A stretch of 64,000 nucleotides of DNA from Hyaloraphidium curvatum SAG 235-1. Lineage: Eukaryota; Fungi; Monoblepharomycota. Position numbers and translations under genes: made by a program. Below, in pieces: positions 1 through 11,782 of this stretch. The stretch is taken from NCBI GenBank assembly GCA_025558095.1, contig JAIVFI010000007.1, positions 186,001-250,000 of the forward strand. Reading direction: 5' to 3'. Below the pieces are notes generated by a model. It was not told where the DNA came from, did no database searches, and saw only the letters and a program-made list of their open reading frames with translations. Within the stretch, counting starts at the first letter, position 1. Each line of letters opens with the position of its first letter.

Positions 1-166
1 CAACTCCAAGCGGACGGAACGGACTCTGGACGGGGACGGCCACGGCGGCAAAGTGCAGATCCAACGAAAATCAATTCCAACGAGGATACATCTCGGGGGG
101 TGGCGTTTAAATACGCCGGTGGGGCCTGTCGCCCTGGAGCCTCTCGGGCCGCGAGGGAGGGTGCGC

Positions 167-1502
<1,336 letters not shown>

Positions 1503-2011
1503 GCGGCCGTGTGCCTGGCCTCGGACGATAGCGGGCACCCGCTCCCCGGCGTATCTAAACGCCACCACCCGGACTCGCGGCGGAGTTGGACTTTGGACGG
1601 AGATGGAGAGGATTGGCTTGGCTTGTACTTTGGGCGATTTGTGGCCCGATAACACGGTTGTTCTCCTTCATCTGCTCGTCCCGACCGCTCTCGGCGCTGC
1701 TGTCCTTCTCCCTTGTCCGCACACTCCCGGAGGCTACCCGAGTGCCCTACCGCCCTCCAGCACCCTGCTGCCCCGCCGTCATGGGGAGGGGGGGGGGGGG
1801 AAAGGAGGGGGGCAACCATATCGACCTTCTTTGACTGCTCCGACCCTCAGTCAACTGCTCAGCACCAGGACACGGACTTCATCCGCCGCGCAGCCCAGTC
1901 CAATCCGTGAATCGCCCCCGGCCGGCCTCCCCACGAACCGGCTCCGCAATTCTCTTGACAGCCCGACCGCGCCGTACATTGGCGGCCACCCCGCTGCATC
2001 ACGCGATCCCC

Positions 2012-3000
2012 TCACTTGACGGCTTTCTCCCTGAGCTCGTCTTGCTGCGCAAACAGCATCGAGATCCGAGCCGCCTCGATGTCGGGCGGAATGGCGTTGT
2101 GCATGGCCGACACCGCCCGATCGTAACCGCCGCAGAGCGAGGCATTCGACAGCGCGGGCCCGAGCCTCCTGGCGGCTTCGCTGTTCTCGGGCAGGCACTT
2201 CCCGCAGAGGCAAACGTGGTCGCAGGGGCACGGGTCGCCGCCTTCGGTGCGGCACGCGCGGTCCCCGGGGCAGCCCGCGGCCTGCCTGGCCGGGAACGGG
2301 GCCGCGGGCCGCAGCGGCTCGAGGTCGAGGCCGGGCCAGCACGTCGACGTGGCGGCGCATTGCCCGGCGGGGGAGCAGCACCGGCTCGCGCACTCGGTGG
2401 CATTCGACGGCGTGCAGACGGATCCGGGCGGGGCTCCTTGGCCCCGCGGGAAGCACTGGTCGGAGTGATGGCAACGACCCTCGAAGCAGCAGCCGGAATC
2501 GCACTCGGTGAAGGTCGATACCTCGCACTTCGGGGGCCGGGTGAGCACGGGGACTGCCCGGAGCGGCCTCCGGCACCCACCCTCGCGAGATGGTTCGAGC
2601 GCAAGGCGCCCCAGCAGTCGCCGTGCGGGGCGCAGCGGCCCGCGACGCAGCAGCCGGAAGAGCACTCGCGGTATGTCGAGTCACCGCACGAGGCGTTGTG
2701 CGCGGCGCCGCGGACCGCGGCCAGGGGCGCCAGCGCGCTGCGGCACGCTTCGTCCGGCAGGCACCGCCCAAACAGGCAGCATCCTGACGGGCAGTCTGTC
2801 GCCAGCGTGCACGGCGGGTGCGGCGCCGTGGCGGAGATGGCGGCGCCGACCGCGGCCTCCTTGGCGGACCCGGCCGCCGGCGGGCGCGCGGCGCGGGAGA
2901 GGTCGGGCAGCGGCGGCTGGCGGCGTGCGATGGCGACGCGACGAATCGCACAGAGGCGACCGCAGCGATGGCTTCGGGCCACCGGCAATAAGACGGCGAT
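2012..3000 (-). CDS. Cysteine-rich protein with four C-x(4-7)-C-x-S-x-CC-x(4-5)-C-x5-C repeats; start uncertain
   Basis: Two ORFs joined by a 53-nt intron 2580-2528 (GTGGGT...GCTCAC...AAG), giving LAR|CEVSTFTECDSGCCFEGRC; repeats DCPSGCCLFGRC, ECSSGCCVAGRC, ECDSGCCFEGRC, ECASRCCSPAGQC. Confidence 0.65.
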
Positions 3001-4066
3001 GAAAGGCCGCGGGCCTTGGAGGCCGGAAAAAGTCGCTTTGGGGCGAGAGAAGGAAGTGGGAAGTAAACGGGTCCCCCACACAGCCCGACCATCCGATCAC
3101 CGCGCCCCGTACATTGCATCCGGCCACCGCATCGCCTCTCCAAGCCACGCCTTGCAGCACAGTGGTCGCTCAAGCCTTTGAAACCCGCTGGTACCGGGAC
3201 GGCCTACAGGCTTTTTCACTCGGTGGTGAGCTCCGAATCAACAAACAGAAACGGTTCGCAACCCACGCAAGTCCGGGCCGAACGCGGCCGAACCGGTCCA
3301 CAGCTCCAGATCAGGCGTCGGAAGCTTGGGCTGCGATTAGCCGGAGGTCGTGAATGAACGCTTCGCTCTCAAGGTCGAGCAAGTTCCCGCAGCGCCCCCT
3401 GTCCGCGTCCCCATTCCCTCCCGCCTCGACGATCCACGCCCGGACATACTGTTGTTGGACATTGTCCATCTGGCTGTGCACCGAGCGCACAACTTGCGGT
3501 GCACCTGCCGCCCGGCGTCCCCGCCGTCGAAGTTGGCGAGCTCGCCCCGCATGTCTATCCGATCCTCGACACGTCCCGGTCCGCAATCGGAACCGTTTTG
3601 AAGGTATGGTGCCGGCTTCTTCGGCTCTCGTTCGGGACGATGAGGTTCACGGAGGGGAGGCCGCCCAGCTGAACCGCATAGGCAGCCGAGTGACGTCGAA
3701 TCCCTGCCAATCACCGTTGGCCGGCCCCTCCTCCCCTCCAACCTCCTTCGCAGCTCTCTTCATACTGTGGAGATGATCGTGGTGCTCTGCCGCCCCGCGA
3801 ATCGCGCTGTGCAGCGCACCAGAGCGGTGCACGCGCGCACCTTGAGCTTGCGGGGGACATGAGGCGACCATTGCCGATGCAGCACTTGCCGTCGAGGCAT
3901 TGTGCCACAGGCTGTGGACCGGCTCGTCTTCGGTTGGTCTCCGAACCGCATGAGGTTCAGGGACGCTCTCGTCGGAGCGCGGTCCCTTGACTTGGCTGCT
4001 GCGTCACACCCGTCCCTCATCCCTCAGTGATCCCCCAACGCCACTTCCCCCGGCCGCGCCCCCGCC

Positions 4067-5556
4067 ATGGCCGACACCGCAGACGGCGGCCCGCCGGTGG
4101 CGCCGCCGGCGTTTCCCTCCGAGAAGCGCGCCGCCGCGCCGCAAAAGTCCGACGCCGCCGCGCTCCCCGCCGCGGACCCCGCCGCCCTCCCCGTGCGCCC
4201 GCGCGCGGACGCCGTCGTCCCGCAGGGCGGCAGACTCAAGGCCGCCGGCTTGATCCTGACCACGACAACCCTGCCCACGCTGCTCGCCCTGCCCACGGCG
4301 ATGGCCGGCCTCGGCTGGGCCGCCGGCGTAGTCGTGCTCCTCGGCGCCGCGCTGGCCGCATTCTACTGCTTCTACTCCCTCGTGGCGCTCAACGATTACG
4401 GAGGCAGCCCGCACTACACGTACCCGGAGCTGACAGACGCCGTGCTCGGCAGGCGGTGGTACACCGGGAGCATGGTGCTCGCGCTGCAGTACGCGAGCCA
4501 GTGGGGCACCGGCGTCGCGAACCTGGTCATGGCAGGAGGATTGCTGCAGCATTTCTGGAAGGCAAACTGCGCGCCGGCGTCCTGCTCGGCGATGAACACC
4601 GCCTGGTGGACCGCCGTCTGCGGGGCGGCCATGGCCGTCCTCGGCCAGCTCCCCGACTTCTCCAACCGCAACTGGGCCATCATCACCTCGGGCTTCTTCA
4701 CCGTCTTCTACTCGACCGTCGCCATCGGCCTGTCGATCGCCAACAACCAGGCGGCCACGGCAAACTACAGCATGGAGGGCACAACCGTGCAAAACATGTT
4801 CACGGCCTTCAATGCCATCGGGATGGTCCTCTTCGTCTACGGTGGGCTTCAACACCTTCCTACGGTCCCATTTTGGGTGCTCACATCCGTTTCTGGCGTC
4901 TAGGGGATACGATGTACGCAGAGGAACAGTCGATGCTCACCCCCGTCGACGGCAGCACGGTCGGACCGATGCACGGCGGCATGAAGATCGCCTTCGGGAT
5001 CACCGTACCCCTCCTCGCCACCCTCGCCTGCGTCGGCTTTTGGGCCTACGGCACCGCCGTCACCCCCTTCCTCTTCAACGCCTCCATGAACCCCGCGTGG
5101 CTGGCCATCCTCGCGAGCGCGACCTGCGTGCTGCAGCTGCTCTTTGGCAACGCGGTGTTCGAGCAGCCCATCGTCGAGAAGATCGAGACCAAGATGGCCG
5201 CAAGGTGGCCCGCGCAGGGATGGATGCGCCACGCCGTCGATGATGCGGCCTACCCGAGCCGGTGGCTGATGTTCCTCGTGCGGACGGGGTACTGCCTCTC
5301 CGTCACCGTGGTCGCCGTCTTCTTCCCCTTCTTCTCCTCGCTGATGGGCCTGATCGGCGCCGCCGTGCTCACGCCGCTGACGTTCGTCTACCCGATGGCG
5401 ATGAAGATCCGCGCCGGGGGGCCGGGGGCGGGCAGGTGGGTGCGCGCGCTGGACACGGCGATCGTGGTGGTGTTTGGGCTGGCGGGGTGCGTGGCGGCGG
5501 TGGGCGCGGTGCAGGGGATCGTGGTGGGGCTGCAGAACCTGGACCTGAGCGCGTGA
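4067..5556 (+). CDS. Amino acid/auxin permease (AAAP, Aa_trans) family transporter, 1 intron (4842-4903)
   Basis: About 10-11 hydrophobic helices; LLALPTAMAGLGWAAG, GFWAYG, FFPFFSSLMGLIGA..LTPLTFVYP motifs. Confidence 0.9.
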
Positions 5557-5599
5557 GGCGGGACGAGGAATGGCGGGGTGCATGGATGCATCTGGAAAG

Positions 5600-6095
5600 A
5601 ACTGCGCGACAGCACCGCGGAACGCCTCGCCCGCGCTCCAATGCAACGACCGCTCGAGCGAGCACCACCTTCTTCACATGCTGCAGCACAACGATGCCTG
5701 ATACATTCTCCATGAGTTTCGTCATCCTGTGGACCGCGACCTGCTCCGCGGCGTCTCGCTGGAACTCTTCGCCGGTCGAGTTCCACGGCCCCGTGAGAAA
5801 GTCCCACAGGTTGAGCGTCTCCAGGAGCAGCGGGAGCCGAGTCGCATACGTCTTGCGCGACGCCTTGGCCAGCTGGTGGTGGAGATCGCGGGGACGGTAG
5901 AGGTACCGCGCGACGTGCTCGAGGATCTCGGGCGGCAGACCCGCTCCCGGCGCCGGCGACGACGGCTCCAGGGCGGCACTGCCCGTGCCGATCACGAGAG
6001 AAGCATTCGAGATGCGTTGCGTAGCGAGAGAAGATTTTCGCGCGTTCCGTCGAGGGATGGCTTTTTGGTCCGCGGGGTTTCGCGGAGATCATCAA
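5600..6095 (-). pseudogene. Truncated F-box-like gene copy (paralog of 6288-8059)
   Basis: LPPEILEHVARYLYRPRDLHHQLAKASRKTY F-box-like motif; similarity to the neighbouring copy fades near 5650; the position matching the neighbour's candidate ATG reads ATC. Confidence 0.5.
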
Positions 6096-6287
6096 CCCTC
6101 CATCAGCGATTCAAACAGCTCATGAGGATTCTCAAATGTATCGCAGCGCATCGAACATAGTATGGTAGCATGTTCTACATTCGCCCGAGGGGCAAAGTCG
6201 ATCGCCCGCGCTGGCCGCTTCGAAAGCATCGGAAGGATACAATCAGAAGATGAATGCTGAGTCTCGGTCGCTCGCTCTCAATCTCGT

Positions 6288-8059
6288 TCAAGGAGCCAGC
6301 TGCCCGTGCGGAAGGCCGGTCACCTTCGAAGTCTCGCGAAGCGTCTGCTCGATCTCGGCGACGGAAGTGGCTCCGTTCGCAGCCGCCCGCCTGGTGACGC
6401 GCATGATTTCCTCGTGGATCGCCCTGAAGACGTCGACCTCGCCCACGGGGTCGGGGATCCAGATGTCAACCCCGGCGCGCAGGCGTTCTTTCCCCAGCAA
6501 CAGCTGGCGCCATTCGTCCCGCTGCATGCACGGCCACACCGTGAAGGAATGGAGCTTCTTCAGGTTCGGAGGGAGGCCGTCAAGGAGAAGGCGCTCGGGG
6601 AACACCCGGAACTGCAGCTCCCGCAGGTTGGTGCGCTTGCAGAGATCCGGCCAGATGCGGGCCACGCGGCGCGGCACCTTCTCAGTCTCTTCCGTATCGT
6701 CCTCGTCCCATGATGCACAGAACTCCGCGAAGCCGTTCAGAACGGTTTCGGGGTTGAACAGCGGGTTCCCAAGCATGGTCTCCAAGTGGACAAATCTGTC
6801 GTCATCGGAGAGCCCAGAAATCTTCTTGACGGTGTCCTCCGACAGCTGGTCCGTGCATTTCTGAGAGCAGCCTTTGAGCCCAAGTTTTGTGCGGCGCTTC
6901 CGCGAACGGATCTCGGTGGCCTGGGCTCTTGGCGTCGCGGCCCAACTCCAACACTGGCTTCAGCTGTGCACCGAAGCCGCCGCTGTCAACGCTCCGGCCC
7001 CCGCGCCGGTCGCTTTTGGTTTGAATGTAGATGAGGAGCTGATTCTTGGGGCGTAGGGGGATTTCTAAGTGTACGGTGGGATTGCTAGCTCCTCATTACA
7101 GACTGAGCCCAAGGCGGATCCGTTGGAGCTTGGGGGAAGCCGCAACAACCTTGTTGACCCAGTCAGCATTGAAGTCGACCCCATCGTTTCTGCGGAAGCC
7201 GAAGTAGACCGTCAACTCCCGGAGCGGAAGTACTACGTCACGCTCCAGAACAGGCAAAATCGTCCGTGACTCGATGAAGAGGGTCAGGACTCTCACGTTC
7301 CGCAAGTCGAAAAGCCTCCTGCTGCTGACGTCGTCTTCCGGGGGCTGATAGTGGAGCTCCACCGCTGCGGGTCCGTCTTTCCCTGTGCCGAATGCCTCGA
7401 CCGCAGAGAAATCAAAGGCGGCACTGAAGTTTGGTATCGGTATCCCAGGATGAGCGTTTTGAGGGGCCAAGGACGCTTTCGGATTTCGGCCACAGCCTCG
7501 GGTTCCACATGTGCCGCACGGATCTCCAGGCGCTCGAGCCGAGGTAACTGGGCCAGGAGATTCACTCTCCTGGCATCGAGATCGGAAACTAGTGCCCAGC
7601 ACGTGGCGTGCCGACACCTGGCGTAGAAGTGCGAGATCGAGCAACGCCAAGCCTCGTCCGCGTTCAAGTCCTCCGAAAAAGGCCAATGGTCAACAAGAAT
7701 CCTTTTGACGAAGTCGAGCTTGCCCAGCCGCAGTCCGTCCTCCATGAACTGATTGAGCCTCTCCGACGTTTCCTGCGCGTTCGGTACGTGCCGCGCCGCT
7801 GGTCCCGCCGATCCCGGCCCCGCCAGAACGAGATGAAGGTCGACCGTTTCAATCAGCAGTGGAAGCAGGAGCGAGTACGTGTCGTGAGACGCCTTGGCCA
7901 ATTGGTAGAGATCGCGCCGCACGAGGAATCGCTCCACGTGCAGCAGGATCTCGGGCAGCCAACGCGTTCCCGGCGCCGACGACGAAGCTTTCGGTGCGGC
8001 ACCGCTGTTGCGATGACGAGCGAAGCACTCGAGACGCGTTCCGAAGCGGGGGAGGCCAT
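6288..8059 (-). CDS. F-box-like / LRR-like protein (possibly frameshifted or split)
   Basis: WLPEILLHVERFLVRRDLYQLAKASHDTY followed by LRR-like segments (LPRLERLEI, LRNVRVLTL, LRELTV, PKLQRIRL, NLRELQF, PNLKKLH); frame change near 7435; exon structure unresolved. Confidence 0.5.
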
Positions 8060-8219
8060 TGTGCGCGTTCCGCAGAAGGATGGTTTCTTTTTTGTTCGCG
8101 GGGCTTCGCGACGAGGCAGCGAATCAATCCGCTCGTCCTGCGATTCGATCACTTCAAGGAGCAATCTCATTTCCACATTCTATGAGAAGAGGAAGGGATG
8201 ATACAAGCCCTCGACCGCA

Positions 8220-9600
8220 TCACTTGTTCACGTCCACGACCACGCGGCCGGCCACGTTCCCCCTCACGATCTCGTTCGCCACCCCCACCGCCTCCTCCAG
8301 CCCCACGACCTTGGTCATCTCGTGCAGCTTGTCCATCGGGAGGTCCTGCGCCAGGCGCGCCCAGACCTGCTGCCGGCGCGGCTGCGGGCACTGCACCGAG
8401 TCGATGCCTGGAAGGGGCCGGTCAGATCGTGGAAGGTTTCGGGCAGCGGCTCGAACCAACCGAGGAGGTTGACGCCGCGGAGAATGAAGGGGAAGACGCC
8501 GGCGTTCGGCATGCCGGGCGACGCAGCGAGACCGCAGGCTGCGACGGAGCCAACTGGAGGTGAACGGGACATTGAGGATGACGCGAGCGAATGCCCAAGC
8601 GCATGACACCCACGGTACTTCATCTGGCTCAGCACGTTCACCAATATCTGTCCGCCGACCGTGTCCACAGCGCCGGCCCATTTCTCGCTGTCGATGGGCT
8701 TGCCGGGCTTCTCGAGCTCCTTCCGGTCGATCACCCGCGAGGCTCCGAGCTTCTTCAAATAATCGCCCTGGCTCTCCACGCGGCCCGAAACGGCGACGAC
8801 TTTGTAGCCGAGCTTCGCCAGAATGGCCACAGCGACGGAACCGACGCCTCCAGCGGCTCCAGTGACGACAATCTCGCCGCTGTCGGGCTTGACCCCGTGT
8901 TCCTTGAAACGGCCCATTAGCGAGGGTAGGCTCTCGAGCAAGGGAGAATGCCAACCTGAAGGGCCATCACGCACTGCATCGCCGTGAACCCTGCCGTCCC
9001 GATGGCCACCGCGTCCTTCTCCGAGATGTTCTGCGGCAGCTTGACGAGCCACTCGGGCTTGACCCGCGCCATTTCCGCCAGCCCACCCCACGTGCTGCCC
9101 TCGCCGATCCCGTAGCCGGTGAGCACGACGCGGTCCCCGGGCGCCAGGCCGGAAGAAGCGGGGGCCTCGACGATGGTGCCGGCAATGTCGATGCCGGGCA
9201 CGTGGGGGAAGGTGCGGACGATGGGGGAGCGGCCCGTGATTGCCAGTCCATCCTGTGAAAGTGAAGAGGGAAGATGACGGTAGAAGGAGGAGGAGAGGAA
9301 GGAGAGGAAGGAGAGGAAGGAACAGCCGAAGTCAGAGAGGGCGAGAGAGCTTCGTTGGCAGGTACACGCTTTGTAGTTGATCGAGCTGAAGGCGACCTTG
9401 ACCAGCGCCGGGTTCTTCGGCAGCGCCGAGGCGTCGAGTCGCTTCACGGCGGCCGAGATCGTCTTGCCCTTGTCTGCCGACTCGAGGACGAGCGCGCGGA
9501 ACTCGCCCGACGCGGCCGCGGCGTTGGGCGCCGTCGGCGCCGCGGCGGACGGCGTCGCGCCGAACGCGGAGAGCAGCGCGGCGGTGCGGCGGAGGGCCAT
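8220..9600 (-). CDS. acuI: Acrylyl-CoA reductase AcuI/YhdH-like MDR oxidoreductase with N-terminal mitochondrial-type presequence; multi-intron
   Basis: SSINYK|DGLAITGRSPIVRTFPHVPGIDIAG, WGGLAEMARV, AIGTAGFTAMQCV, VVTGAAGGVGSVAV, WAGAVDTVGG, FPFILRGVNLLGIDSV, GRVVVDV motifs. Confidence 0.88.
9292..9320. repeat. (GGAGAGGAA)x3 purine microsatellite inside AcuI intron 1
   Basis: Seen directly: ggagaggaaggagaggaaggagaggaagg. Confidence 0.8.
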
Positions 9601-9717
9601 GTCGCTCATTCGGACGCGATGCTCGGGAAGCGGGTTGAGTTTGGCCGGCTCCCGACGCGCGTCCACGTCACCCGCCCAAACATCGTCTCCCACTCGCAGC
9701 CAACTCGCGCCGCGATT

Positions 9718-11278
9718 ATGACGAATCCCGCGTATCCGCCCCTCTCGGTCTTTTCCGAGTCTCCTCCGATCTCGGGGTTCGTCGCCCCGGGCTTCGAGAC
9801 CGTCCTCGAGGAGTTTAAGGCCCACTTCCAACCGGTGCTCCGGAGAACCTGCGCGAACTCGGCAGCTCCTTCTGCGCCTTCCACCGGGGCAAACCTGTCG
9901 TGCTGCTCTTCGGGGGACACGCCGACGAGGCCAAGACGCGCAAGTTCGACGGCGACACGCTGACCTGCGTCTTCTCGAGCGGCAAGTCCGTGATGTCCAC
10001 CGTCACGGTCTCGCAAATCTCGGCCGGGAGGTTCGGCTGGAACGACCGCATCGCGAGCATTTGGCCCGAGTTCGCGGCGGGCGGAAAGGCGGATGTGACC
10101 GTGAAGGACATGCTCAATCTCCCTTTTTCCCCTTCCTCTCTCCCCCCCCCCCTTCCCCCCCTCCTCTCCCCTCTCCCCGGTCGGATCGCCGGCAACCCGC
10201 ACAACTTCAAGGGGAAACTCAAGAAGGCCTACCACGCAGTCACGGTAGGCACTTCCAATGGATGCTTTCGACCCACTCGCTCACGATTGCACGCAGCGGG
10301 GCTGGTTCCTCAACGAGATCGTCTGCCGGCGCCACCCCAAGGGCCTCAGCCACGGCCGCATCCTCCGCGAGGAGATCATGCCACGCATCGGGGCCGAGAT
10401 CTACGCCGGCTTGCCGCGGGAGCTGCACCACCGGGTCAGCCCCGTCGTGCATAGCGAGTTCCTGATGGCTGCGCAGGCGCTCGTGGCGCCCTCGGATTCC
10501 TCGTCGGAAAACGGCGGCAACGCGCTGGCGCTGACCATCACGGGGCTCACGGACGTGCCGGCCAATCGTACGACGCGAAACACGGCCAATTCGCCAGCAG
10601 TTATGGAATGCGAGACACCGAGCGCGTATACGATCACCAACGCGTGGAGCTTGGCCGCGCTGGGGAGCGTGCTGAGCAGGCGCGGCGAGGGATGGCTGAT
10701 GGACGAAAAGACGTGGGAAGAAGCACACAGGCTCGAGGAGCGGCTCAAGGGTGGGCTTTGTGGCCACGTTGCTTGCAGTCGTGCTGACCGGCGATCGCGC
10801 AGGCGAGAAGGACATCGTCTTCCAGGCCCGCGGGCGGACCACCTGGGGCGGCTGGATGCAGTCGCTGCCGGGCAACGTGGTGCCGCAGTTTGCGTTGGAT
10901 CCGAGGACCGGCAGGCCCAAGAAGCTGCCGGCAAGTGCGAAGAGGAAGGGGTGGGAGTGGACGGGGGTGAGCTCTGTCGGCGCAACGTTGCGTTCCTCTT
11001 GCTCACTAGGCATCCCGGGGGGGATTGGCGCAAAGTGGTACGGGTTCGACGGGTTTGTACTCTCTTTTCGGCGTTCTCTGCTGATGCCGACGTGCGACTG
11101 AATCTTTCCTTGCCTCCCGCGCAGATCCGTGATGCAGTGGGCCCCCGGCCACGAAGTTTCCGTCGGATACGTCCCCAACCTCCTCTACCCCGGCCTGCTC
11201 GGTGACGAGCGAAGCCTGCTGCTGACCCTGAAGCTGGTAGAGTGCATCGAGGCCGTCGAAGCAAAGGCCAAGATGTAG
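9718..11278 (+). CDS. Beta-lactamase (class C)-related serine hydrolase ending in PTS1-like AKM; frameshift near 9830 and apparent internal deletion near 10115-10180
   Basis: GFVAPGFETVLEEF, FSSGK (SxxK), WPEFAAGGKADVTVKDML, AYHAVT|RGWFLNEI, GIGGSVMQW; ends EAKAKM*. Confidence 0.8.
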
Positions 11279-11782
11279 CGAAGAGTAGATTGTGGGGGAT
11301 GGTCGGTTTCACCTTGCTGTTGGATGAATGTTTCAATCTCAATGATGGTGCAGATGCGACTTTGCTTTGGAATGCGAGAACAGCAGAGCTGCATTCGGGT
11401 TTCGAAGGGTCGGAGTTCGGAGTTTGTGGTGCGGCCGCCGCCACCAACTCCGGCCCCGACAGCGCGCGTGACCTGTCGGCCGTGTCCCCCACCGTCGTAC
11501 CCGGCGTGTCGGAGACTGTCAAGTATTTTCTGCGGGACCTGGGACAACAGCGCCCCAGATCCGCGGCCGGGCTGCGCGCGTTGAGCCGGGACTGGCCGTG
11601 CCGGAGGCGCTTTGTCCCGCAAACTCCGAAGGCGCATCGCCGCCGCGCCGCACGGACCTCCGCCGCCGCGCTCCGTTGCCGCGACTTTCCGCGAGCTTCT
11701 GCAGCTCGCACCGGGGCGCCGGGACCTGTCGGAGCCCGCCAAGCGGGGCCCGCCGCGCCGCGTCGGCGCTGTTGGCGCCGAC

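Noticed and set aside
1782-1812. Long G-run (possible G-quadruplex) downstream of H2B
   Set aside because: Simple homopolymer in a GC-rich genome with no evidence of function; length unreliable.
3200-4000. Short ORFs with Cys clusters (QCLDGKCCIG, KLCARC)
   Set aside because: No consistent frame, splice pattern or family could be assembled; may be a decayed gene but cannot be supported.
9718-11278. True antibiotic-resistance beta-lactamase
   Set aside because: Motifs fit the broad esterase-like beta-lactamase-related family; it has introns and a PTS1-like end rather than a secretion signal.
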